In this document: positions 56,216 through 64,000 of the stretch, piece by piece | How the letters are laid out: the number at the start of each line of letters is the position of its first letter | How positions within the stretch are numbered: the stretch's first letter is position 1 | From: an uncultured Gammaproteobacteria bacterium | GTDB lineage: Bacteria; Patescibacteriota; Patescibacteriia; Magasanikbacterales; GWA2-37-8 | Length of the DNA: 64,000 nucleotides | Assembly: GCA_964596525.1 (NCBI GenBank) | Contig: CAZQUL010000001.1 | Coordinates: forward strand, 1,212,312 to 1,276,311 | Reading direction: 5' to 3' | Position numbers and translations under genes: made by a program | Notes under the pieces: model-generated | The model's input: the letters and a program-made list of their open reading frames with translations, nothing else | What the model was told of the DNA's origin: nothing | Database searches by the model: none

Positions 56216-57076
56216 ATGCCCCTTATTGACGGCAAACACGAAGCCGAACGTATTTTGAACAAACTCAGACCAGCTATCCAAAAACTCGCACGCCGCGGGC
56301 ATACGCCCCGTTTGGCGATCGCGCTTGTTGGCAGCAATCCGGCATCCGAGTTGTACGTGCGCAAAAAACAAGAAACGGCCGCCACGATCGGCATAGACTG
56401 TACGCTTTACCGGTTTCCAGAGCGTATCAGCGCCCGACGTCTGACCGATGAACTCAAGAAGTTGCAAAAAGACCCTAAACTCTCGGGACTTATCGTCCAA
56501 CTCCCTCTTCCACCACACCTTGACCAAACGGTATTACTTGCCGCCATCAAACCAGAAGTAGACGTTGATTGCCTCACCGCCGAAAATATCGGACAGCTTT
56601 TTGGCAAACACCCTCGTTTTATTCCGCCTACAACGCAGGCAGTACTACACGTGATTCGCGAGCACTCCCCCATCCTCACCGGAAAAAAAATTTGTCTTAT
56701 CGGCGCCGGTTTTTTGGTTGGCAAGCCTGTTTCGACGCTTCTTATGCACCACGATATTACCCTCACCATCTGCACCAAGGCAACAACCGATTTGGCGCGT
56801 TACTGCAAAGAAGCGGACATCATTATTTCTGGCGCAGGAAAACCGGGGCTTATCAGCGCCCGCATGGTTAAACGAGGCGCGCTTCTTATCGACGTCGGCA
56901 TCGGATTTAAAGATAATCAGGTCGTCGGTGATTCGGACACCGAGCGGATCAGCGCAAAGGCGTTCGTAACGCCCACGCCCGGCGGTATCGGACCGCTCAC
57001 CGTTGCTTACCTTCTCCACAACGTGGTCTTAAACGCGGCGAGCACCACGAAAGTTCGCGGTGCTCGCAAGAAATAA
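56216..57076 (+). CDS. folD: Bifunctional methylenetetrahydrofolate dehydrogenase/methenyl-THF cyclohydrolase
   Basis: FolD family, with ...ATPGGIGPLTVAYLLHNVV at the C-terminus. Confidence 0.85.
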   Translation: MPLIDGKHEAERILNKLRPAIQKLARRGHTPRLAIALVGSNPASELYVRKKQETAATIGIDCTLYRFPERISARRLTDELKKLQKDPKLSGLIVQLPLPPHLDQTVLLAAIKPEVDVDCLTAENIGQLFGKHPRFIPPTTQAVLHVIREHSPILTGKKICLIGAGFLVGKPVSTLLMHHDITLTICTKATTDLARYCKEADIIISGAGKPGLISARMVKRGALLIDVGIGFKDNQVVGDSDTERISAKAFVTPTPGGIGPLTVAYLLHNVVLNAASTTKVRGARKK

Positions 57077-57083
57077 ACGCGGA

Positions 57084-58511
57084 CTAACCGTACATGAGAG
57101 GCGCCGGCGGCGGAGCGGGCGGCTCTTTTTTTGATGGAGCTTCCGGTGGTTTGCCGCCGATACGCTTAAGCGGCTCTTCAAATAGTTCCACCGGCAAACC
57201 GAGCGGCGGTTCGGCACGTTTAGCACCGGCTTTCTGGACCAGCGGAGTGCGCACGTTCGGAAGCGGGAAGTGCCAAATCGTAGCCAATTCTTCAATATTG
57301 AGAATATAAGGTTTTTCCGTGCCTTTGCTTTTGCGCTTTTTGTACATGCTCATGAAGCTGCTTTTGAGCGCGTTGGATTTTGCACCGCTTTTGTCGTATT
57401 CGGCGGCAGTAACGGCCGCTGGTACGATGGCGTTGCTACCAACGATATGGAACTGATTCACTGCACCGATAAGACCATCAATACAGCGGCTTGGCGAAAA
57501 CGTGGCACGGCGAGCCACGTAGAGCACGTTAATCTTTGATTTGAAACCGATTTTGGAAATTTTTTCTTCGATAGCCTCGACCGTCGCGCGCTTGCCGGGC
57601 GTAAGATCAGAGAGGGTTTTGGGTTTTTCTTCTTTCTTATCATCGCCCTTACTCTCTCCCCCACTCGTACCCACAACTTCGCTTACTATCGTACGCAAAA
57701 GATTAAGCGGCACGGTCATGACCCTAAAAAGAAGCGGAAGTTTTACTTCGGGTTTTTTATTTTCGATAATGCTTTTAACCAGTTCAATTCCAGCCTCTTT
57801 CCAATCATTGGTAACCGGCTCGACTACTATTTGTAGCCACAAATTTTCACCACGACCGATACGGCTGAAGTTTTCCAGAATACCAGCCATCGGATCACTA
57901 AAAATCTGATCCTTACTAATGTTGTGCTCAAAACTCGGATACGTGCGGATAGGATAAGCCTCATCCTGCGCAAGCTTGAACTCAACCCCAAAAGCATCGT
58001 AATCCGGATCGGGGAACTTGTCGGGAAAAGCAGTTACATAGTCTTCGACTTCGGTGATTTCAGCTTCGGCATACTGGGCGTAGATCGCAGCCTCCACCAA
58101 ATCGCGATACTCAACTTCGGTACGGATGAGGAACTGGGTATAACCCTCAATACTCACCACCTCGAAGCTGAAGTATTTCTGCTCTTTGCCGTGCCAATAT
58201 TTGTCCGCAATATTGCAGCTGATAAGAGCGCCGGAAAGCTGGGTGAAGATCTGTTCGACAGCTTTGGGCGACTGGATAAACATAGCCGGAATATCCACAG
58301 CCAAGACCACCCACTTCCAATTCTGTTTCAGCCCCTTGCGGAAATCAATGAGTTTTTCGGAAGCCTTTTTAAAACAAAGCCAGGCGATAAGCACCCAGCC
58401 GATACTTGCAAAAAAGAGAGCAATTAAATACCCAGGGCTCGCTAGAATATCGCCCAACCCCGAAATTTCGAGGACGAGTCCGAAAGGCAGTTCGATAATG
58501 TATGATTCCAT
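57084..58511 (-). CDS. Hypothetical membrane protein with a Pro-rich C-terminus
   Basis: N-terminal TM helices; no family recognised. Start set at MESYIIEL (ATG 58509-58511). Confidence 0.45.
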   Translation of the reverse strand: MESYIIELPFGLVLEISGLGDILASPGYLIALFFASIGWVLIAWLCFKKASEKLIDFRKGLKQNWKWVVLAVDIPAMFIQSPKAVEQIFTQLSGALISCNIADKYWHGKEQKYFSFEVVSIEGYTQFLIRTEVEYRDLVEAAIYAQYAEAEITEVEDYVTAFPDKFPDPDYDAFGVEFKLAQDEAYPIRTYPSFEHNISKDQIFSDPMAGILENFSRIGRGENLWLQIVVEPVTNDWKEAGIELVKSIIENKKPEVKLPLLFRVMTVPLNLLRTIVSEVVGTSGGESKGDDKKEEKPKTLSDLTPGKRATVEAIEEKISKIGFKSKINVLYVARRATFSPSRCIDGLIGAVNQFHIVGSNAIVPAAVTAAEYDKSGAKSNALKSSFMSMYKKRKSKGTEKPYILNIEELATIWHFPLPNVRTPLVQKAGAKRAEPPLGLPVELFEEPLKRIGGKPPEAPSKKEPPAPPPAPLMYG

Positions 58512-58531
58512 ACCGGAAAAATCAGCGCTCA

Positions 58532-58696
58532 CTAATCTTTAGTGATGGTTTTATAAACCAGGATGTAGACGATAAAAACCCCGAGCACCGTCCACCACCA
58601 GCCATACGCACCCGACAAAAACCCGGCCGCCCAGGCCAGTATAGCCATGAATGTAATGAGAAACGCGATGGTATGACGCAGAGAATTGTCGGTCAT
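58532..58696 (-). CDS. Small membrane protein (54 aa), putative
   Basis: Reverse-strand ORF MTDNSLRHTIAFLITFMAILAWAAGFLSGAYGWWWTVLGVFIVYILVYKTITKD with two TM segments, immediately upstream of the 57084 gene. Confidence 0.3.
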   Translation of the reverse strand: MTDNSLRHTIAFLITFMAILAWAAGFLSGAYGWWWTVLGVFIVYILVYKTITKD

Positions 58697-58780
58697 AGAA
58701 GATGATAAGTAGAAAGTAGTATAGCATGAAACAACAAATCTCCCTACTGCAAAGCGGGAGATTTGTTAAATATGCCAGAC

Positions 58781-59692
58781 TTAGGCAGCTGATTTTTCTC
58801 GGTACGCGAGAACAAGAAGCGGTGCAGCGACGAAGATAGACGAGTAGGCACCGCTCGCCATACCCACCAGGAGCGCCAAGGTAAAGCTCCGGAGCGTTTC
58901 GCCGCCCAAGAAATACAAGGCGAGAAGCGGCAAAAGAACCGTGAAGGTGGTGTTAAGAGAACGCATAAGCGTCTCATTGAGACCGCGGTTGACAATCTCT
59001 TTAAACGGCAGATCACGGTGATGGATAAGATTTTCGCGGATACGGTCGTACACGACGATGGTATCGTTAACCGAGAAGCCGAGCACAGTGAGGAGCGCTA
59101 CCACGAAAGCGATATCGACTTCGACTTGGCGGAAGTGTCCAAGGACGGCAAATACGGCAAGCACGACAAGCACGTCATGAAGAAGCGCCGCAATAGCCAT
59201 AACGCCGTACTTCCAGCTGGCGACCGGGCGGGTAACCTGACGGAAAGCGTAGGCCAAATACGCGATAATACTCAAGTTAACGAGCGCGATGGCCCAAATG
59301 GCTTTAGAACGGAGCTGCTCACTCACCACGGCACCGAGCGCTTCAACTCGTTCTTCTTTTACCGTATTACTCGCGGTACCGAACTGCTTAACAAGAGCCG
59401 TGCTGATCTTGGCACGTTCTTCTTCGGTAAGGAAACGAGAGCGGATAATGACGCCCTGCGAACCAGTGGTCTGCAGATGGGCATCGTCGATACCGGCTTC
59501 TTTTTTGTACACTTCTTTAAGCTCATCATTACTTGGCCGGGTCATGCTGAAGGACAGTTCGGTCAAGGTTCCGCCGGTAAAATCGATACCCGGCCGCAGG
59601 CCAAAAGCGATGAGGAGGCCAGCCGACACAGCAACGGTAACCGCGGTAATCGCGAGCCAGATCTTGTAATACTTGATGAAGGGAATATTCAT
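58781..59692 (-). CDS. secF: Protein-export membrane protein SecF
   Basis: SecF family. Start set at MNIPFIKYYKIWLAIT (ATG 59690-59692), which avoids overlap with secD. Confidence 0.85.
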   Translation of the reverse strand: MNIPFIKYYKIWLAITAVTVAVSAGLLIAFGLRPGIDFTGGTLTELSFSMTRPSNDELKEVYKKEAGIDDAHLQTTGSQGVIIRSRFLTEEERAKISTALVKQFGTASNTVKEERVEALGAVVSEQLRSKAIWAIALVNLSIIAYLAYAFRQVTRPVASWKYGVMAIAALLHDVLVVLAVFAVLGHFRQVEVDIAFVVALLTVLGFSVNDTIVVYDRIRENLIHHRDLPFKEIVNRGLNETLMRSLNTTFTVLLPLLALYFLGGETLRSFTLALLVGMASGAYSSIFVAAPLLVLAYREKSAA

Positions 59693-59705
59693 AGAAGAAA
59701 AGGCA

Positions 59706-61757
59706 TTAGGACGAACGGCGCGAACCGAGAATGTACCAGCCGCCTTCGGCAGGCACATACTGCATTACGAAACGCATAATGGTGCGGGTAATGGTGATGG
59801 CGGTGAAGAGGTTGATAAGCGTACCAAGCGCGAGGATGGTAGCAAAACCTTGCACGAAGCCACTGCCAAACCACATTAGGAAGACGCAGCTGATAAGCGC
59901 AGCCACATGCCCATCGCGGATAGAAGGCCACGAACGAGTGAAGGATTCTTCGACCGCGGAACGAAGCGTTTTACCAGCCTGCAGTTCTTCTTTGAGACGC
60001 TCAAAGACGAGGATATTGGCGTCCACCGCCATACCGATAGAAAGGATAAAACCAGCAATACCCGAGAGCGTCATGGTAACACCGAGGATCTTGAAGACTG
60101 CCAAACTCAGCATGGTGTAGAAGACAAGGGAAACAACCGAGAGCGTACCTGGCAAGCGGTAGTATAAAATCATGAAGATCATGATGGCGATGAGGCCGTA
60201 GATACCGGCACGGAAGCTCTTGGCGAGCGAGTCGGCACCGAGGGTGGCATCAACGTTCTTTTGACTGATAAGTTCGACCGGAACAGGCAAGGCACCAAGA
60301 TTAAGGTTTTGAGCGAGTTTCTGCGCCTCAAGCAGGTTGAAATCGCCGCTGATGGAAGCAGTGCCGCTGAGGATTGGTTCGTTGACACGCGGCAAACTGA
60401 TCGGCTCGCCGTCAAGGAAAATAGCGAGGATTTTATTGATGTTACGAGCCGTTATCTCGCCGAAGAGCTTTGCTCCTTCTTCATCAAAAGCGAGGCTTAC
60501 CTGGACGCGGGACGACCGCGGGTCCTGCACCACTTCGGCACGCTCAAGATACTTACCGGTGAGGCCGGTGGATTTCCACTGCTCTGAGGGCGGAACAATG
60601 TCAGCCGCACTCTTGGTTTTGAAGAGTATGCGAGCCAAGCGGTATTCTTTCTCGAAACTTTGGTTTTTCTTATAGATAATGTGGAAACCGAACGGAGTTT
60701 CAACAACTTGCGAAATAGTACCAGTCGCCATGGGCCACACGGCATCTTCGAACTCTTTAACCATCACGCCGCGCGGAAAAGAACCTAAATCACCTTCACG
60801 GGCCGCAGCACCCGGTTCCGTGGAGTGCTGTTTTACGAGTTCTCCGAAATTTTGGGGGGTTGCCTTGGTGCGGATTTCGTCGATTTTCTTTTTAGCTTCA
60901 TCACGGCTGAGGGTAGGATTATCGCACCGTTCGGCTCCTTTATAGCACAAAAGCAGATGAGCGGCCGAAACAACTTCTTGACCATCGCGTACTGCAATAC
61001 GCTTTATAATGTTGTAACCCTCAAGCGACTGAATAACCTCTTTGCTCACCTCGCCATTTTTGTGCCCAGCTGCCCAGGCCGCGAGTTCGGGGTAATACGT
61101 AGAAGAAACGAAGTCCATGTCACCACCGCGAACTTTAGTCGCTTCATCTTCGGATAATTTGGAAGCGAACGATTCAAAGCTCGACGTGGATTTGGCCATG
61201 TTCAAAAGAGTATCCTTGGCTTTTTTCTCGGCGGCTTTGTTGAAATCAGTGAGCTGTTTTTCTTCCTGTTTGGTGAGCGCACGCGGCGGTTCAGTATTTT
61301 CCTCTTTAAACTCAAGAATCGGTGTGCGGCGGATAAGCTCAGTAGCCTTGGAGACATCGGTTACGCCGGGGAGCTCAACGATGAGACGGTAATCGCTGCC
61401 GCTCTGCGCGGTTTCTACGACCGGCTCAGCAACACTCAAACCACCGCGGACGCGGCGTTCGATAATGTCGCGGACACTCTGAAGCGCGCCCGGGCGATCA
61501 GCGGGGGCAATATCGTCGACCTTAGCTTGGTAGACGAGATGCGCACCGCCTTTCAGATCAAGACCGAGCTGGAACGGTTTGTCGAAAATGGTGGGGATGC
61601 CGATATTTGATCTTTCGTTGAGGCGCGTAATGAGTCCATTGAGTGGACCAGAAAAAATAACCAACGCTGTAACAGCAAGCAGAAGGGTGAGCCAGCCGAC
61701 GCGTTTTTTGACCGCACTCATAGAAAGATTTTGGGTAGGGCGCTCGCGAGAACTCAT
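59706..61757 (-). CDS. secD: Protein-export membrane protein SecD with an embedded parvulin-type PPIase (PrsA-like) domain in the periplasmic head
   Basis: SecD TM core at the C-terminus. The periplasmic region contains VSAAHLLL...REGDLGSFPRGVMVKEFEDAVWPMATGTISQVVETPFGFHIIYKK, matching the parvulin rotamase signature. Confidence 0.85.
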   Translation of the reverse strand: MSSRERPTQNLSMSAVKKRVGWLTLLLAVTALVIFSGPLNGLITRLNERSNIGIPTIFDKPFQLGLDLKGGAHLVYQAKVDDIAPADRPGALQSVRDIIERRVRGGLSVAEPVVETAQSGSDYRLIVELPGVTDVSKATELIRRTPILEFKEENTEPPRALTKQEEKQLTDFNKAAEKKAKDTLLNMAKSTSSFESFASKLSEDEATKVRGGDMDFVSSTYYPELAAWAAGHKNGEVSKEVIQSLEGYNIIKRIAVRDGQEVVSAAHLLLCYKGAERCDNPTLSRDEAKKKIDEIRTKATPQNFGELVKQHSTEPGAAAREGDLGSFPRGVMVKEFEDAVWPMATGTISQVVETPFGFHIIYKKNQSFEKEYRLARILFKTKSAADIVPPSEQWKSTGLTGKYLERAEVVQDPRSSRVQVSLAFDEEGAKLFGEITARNINKILAIFLDGEPISLPRVNEPILSGTASISGDFNLLEAQKLAQNLNLGALPVPVELISQKNVDATLGADSLAKSFRAGIYGLIAIMIFMILYYRLPGTLSVVSLVFYTMLSLAVFKILGVTMTLSGIAGFILSIGMAVDANILVFERLKEELQAGKTLRSAVEESFTRSWPSIRDGHVAALISCVFLMWFGSGFVQGFATILALGTLINLFTAITITRTIMRFVMQYVPAEGGWYILGSRRSS

Positions 61758-61930
61758 AACGAAAAAGTTAAAAAAACCGATATCTTAGGCTTATTCAAAG
61801 CGAATAGTACTGTGTTTACCTGGCTTTGACAAGTGGATAAGGGCTCATTTGATCTGGTGCACCACGCTCTCAAATGATTGACAAAAGCGCCTCTTATTCA
61901 TATAGTTACGTAGTGATATTACTTGTTACT

Positions 61931-62824
61931 ATGCACGCACCTTTCCGAAACAAAACATTTTTTCTCGTTGCGAGCGTACTTATGGCAGCAGTCCTGAGTG
62001 GCTGCGGCGAAGCACCAGCTGCATACCCTTCGTTTAACAGCAGCTCGTCGACATCGATCGGGGTAACGAACCCCACGAGCGGATCGGCACGTACCGCTCC
62101 GACACGGTTTCTTACTTTTAAAGGTCTTAACCATTCTCCCACCTCGTCATTGTCACTACGCTTGTTCGCGGCGAATGGACAGGAACTTACCCCGAACGAA
62201 CTCGAAACTATCCACGAGCGGCAGTTGCATCTTATTGTTATCGACAAAGACGCACGTGTTTTCCAACATCTGCACCCGACGTTCTCTAATGGATACTGGG
62301 AAACGGATGTAGCCGCACCTTGCAGTAGCACATTCTACGCCTACGCGGACTTTAAACCCAAAAACGGTCCGGAAGAAGTGCTTCTTACCTCCCTCTCTAC
62401 TGCTTCGTCGGGAGTTGCGGCTTGTACTGCGCGTCATCAGACTGTCCCTGAACCTGGCTTTAGCGCCACGCTCACTACGACAACGTTTGTGGCAGGCACT
62501 GACACGGAACTTAATTTCACCGTCATGAAATCTGGCAAACCAGCCAACATAAAACCGTATCTAGGCGCCTACGGCCATGTCGTAATCGTGCAAGAAAATA
62601 ATCCGGAACGTTTTCTTCACGTGCACCCCATTACCACTGATTCTCCCAAAAATGGCCGCGTGGACTTTGGCACGCTGTTCCCCGCTGTCGGCACCTACCG
62701 CGTTTTTGCCCAATTCAATAGCGACGGGCGCATTGTAACACTCCCCTTTACGGTAAACGCACTAGGCGAGGCCGGCAACAACACCTCGCCATCTGAACCG
62801 GCCGCTCACCACGACCATCACTAA
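61931..62824 (+). CDS. Hypothetical lipoprotein with a His-rich C-terminus (HHDHH), possible metal-binding
   Basis: Lipoprotein signal MHAPFRNKTFFLVASVLMAAVLSGC at the internal Met. Contains HVHP and ends in a His cluster. Confidence 0.45.
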   Translation: MHAPFRNKTFFLVASVLMAAVLSGCGEAPAAYPSFNSSSSTSIGVTNPTSGSARTAPTRFLTFKGLNHSPTSSLSLRLFAANGQELTPNELETIHERQLHLIVIDKDARVFQHLHPTFSNGYWETDVAAPCSSTFYAYADFKPKNGPEEVLLTSLSTASSGVAACTARHQTVPEPGFSATLTTTTFVAGTDTELNFTVMKSGKPANIKPYLGAYGHVVIVQENNPERFLHVHPITTDSPKNGRVDFGTLFPAVGTYRVFAQFNSDGRIVTLPFTVNALGEAGNNTSPSEPAAHHDHH

Positions 62825-62862
62825 ACAATGTACATTTAACAGAAGGAGGGAACTTTTTTGCT

Positions 62863-63450
62863 ATGTCCTCCCTTCTGCCTACTTTTACCGTCAAACATCT
62901 TTTCCGCCCTGAAAAAAAATTGGTCCGCCAGTTACCTGTGTACCACCCACTCCCCGTTGCAAAAAATGAAACACCGGAAGAAGTCGGCGAGACTGCCGTA
63001 AACGAAATCGAAGGTCTTATCCATGAAGAGCGCTTGGATTTGGGCGGCTACCTAGTTACCCACCCGTCCCGTACGTTCATCGTACAGGTCCACGGCGATG
63101 ATTATGCCGAATCCGGTATCAGCTCCGGCGACTTGCTGGTTATTGATCAGGAAGGAGAAGTGCGCGACGGCAGCTTAGCTGTCGGTCGTATGGGAAAGCA
63201 CTTCATTGTGAGCCATATCCGTATCAAGAACAAATTATGGTTTCTCGCAGGAACAGACGGCCGCGACGTGCCCATCACTAAAGATATGCAGGTTGAATTT
63301 TGGGGCGTGGTCACCTACCATATCCGCCGTCCGGGCAAATACCAACCGGCCCGCGCAGAACGCAAAGCCAAAGCTGTTGAAAAAGAAACCACTCTTACAC
63401 CCGTAACAGAACCGACGGATCTTACGGCTGCGTTAGCCGCCGCTTCTTAA
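62863..63450 (+). CDS. LexA/UmuD-like S24-family peptidase domain protein, putative
   Basis: C-terminal region AESGISSGDLLVIDQEGEVRDGSLAVGRMGKHFIVSHI resembles the S24 Ser/Lys dyad fold. No N-terminal HTH is evident. Confidence 0.4.
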   Translation: MSSLLPTFTVKHLFRPEKKLVRQLPVYHPLPVAKNETPEEVGETAVNEIEGLIHEERLDLGGYLVTHPSRTFIVQVHGDDYAESGISSGDLLVIDQEGEVRDGSLAVGRMGKHFIVSHIRIKNKLWFLAGTDGRDVPITKDMQVEFWGVVTYHIRRPGKYQPARAERKAKAVEKETTLTPVTEPTDLTAALAAAS

Positions 63451-64000
63451 GGGGTCACCACGCTAAAAAAGAGGGTGTCAGCTACAAGAGCCGGACGAAC
63501 GTACGCCGCCCCCAAGCGGCGTGCTTTTATTAAAGCAGCTAAAAATGAAGCGAGACGCTCAATATCAGCAGTAGCCGCCGTAGTGCGAGAACGCTCATGA
63601 AATTCGGCTTGGGTACGGTAGAGGAGCTCAACAATGAGCTCTTGCCGCTCGTCAAGACTGCTTTCGGGACCATGTGGCAGCAATCCCTCGAAAGCTCGGG
63701 ACATATCGTAGTACGAAGATGCACAGATTCCTTGTACAAAAGAATTAATTTGCCGCGCATGAACACGAAAATCTTCATCTTCAGCATAACGAAACGCCAC
63801 ACCGGGCCGACCCGCAGCTGCACGAACAGCTTCATCAATGTAATCTGTAGGGTTCTGGCGTGCAGATAGATGTTCGCGAATTTCATCGTCAGCCACGCGA
63901 TGGAAACGGACTTGTTGGACACGAGAAATGACCGTCGGAAGGAGTGCGTCCTGGTGTTCGGCAATAAGAAAGAAGGTGGTCTGGCGCGGCGGCTCCTCGA
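63447..64000 (-). CDS. DNA polymerase III delta'/tau-like AAA+ clamp-loader subunit (C-terminal part; the gene continues past the window end)
   Basis: The reading frame is open to the window edge. The upstream translation ...FLIAEHQDALLPTVISRVQQVRF matches the clamp-loader sensor-2/SRC region. Confidence 0.55.
   Translation of the reverse strand, partial: EEPPRQTTFFLIAEHQDALLPTVISRVQQVRFHRVADDEIREHLSARQNPTDYIDEAVRAAAGRPGVAFRYAEDEDFRVHARQINSFVQGICASSYYDMSRAFEGLLPHGPESSLDERQELIVELLYRTQAEFHERSRTTAATADIERLASFLAALIKARRLGAAYVRPALVADTLFFSVVTP

Overview
This is a 64-kb bacterial chromosomal segment with roughly 55-60% GC by eye. The gene content resembles a Parcubacteria/CPR-like small genome: nucleotide-salvage genes, a PurO-like IMP cyclohydrolase, many secreted and lipoproteins, and an rpoA with no alpha C-terminal domain. 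This taxonomic placement is tentative.

The outstanding feature is a complete, compact type V-A CRISPR-Cas locus on the minus strand:
- cas12a spans 9036-13259 and encodes about 1399-1407 aa with an intact RuvC D/E/D triad.
- cas4, cas1 and cas2 follow it with gaps of 1 nt, a 4-nt overlap and 3 nt.
- A leader of about 167 bp precedes an array of 15 repeats and 14 spacers at 6139-7050.
- The 36-bp repeat ends, on the transcribed strand, in the Cas12a crRNA pseudoknot signature UCUACUUUUGUAGAU.
- cas12a and the repeats are strongly AT-rich (about 30% GC), the adaptation genes are intermediate, and the flanks are GC-rich. This points to horizontal acquisition.

The rest of the window contains:
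- the ribosomal-protein operon tail infA-rpmJ-rpsM-rpsK-rpsD-rpoA-rplQ, then rplM-rpsI;
- two nearly identical tRNA-Pro genes (GGG and CGG) bracketing a secreted-protein gene, and a tRNA-Trp;
- recJ, folD, secD-secF, upp, a purine nucleoside phosphorylase, trhO, a CCA-adding enzyme, an ECF sigma factor with a putative anti-sigma partner, a histidine kinase and a MraY/WecA-type transferase;
- two HlyD-type adaptor genes, an FtsX-type permease, a cytochrome P450, a 2OG-Fe oxygenase, a GH1 beta-glucosidase and two desaturase-family genes.

Secondary candidates for follow-up:
- an overlapping two-gene operon of an E1-like (ThiF-family) protein with a long N-terminal extension plus a 376-aa unknown protein;
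- SecD carrying an embedded parvulin-type PPIase domain;
- RpoA ending in an acidic/lysine-rich tail instead of an alpha C-terminal domain.
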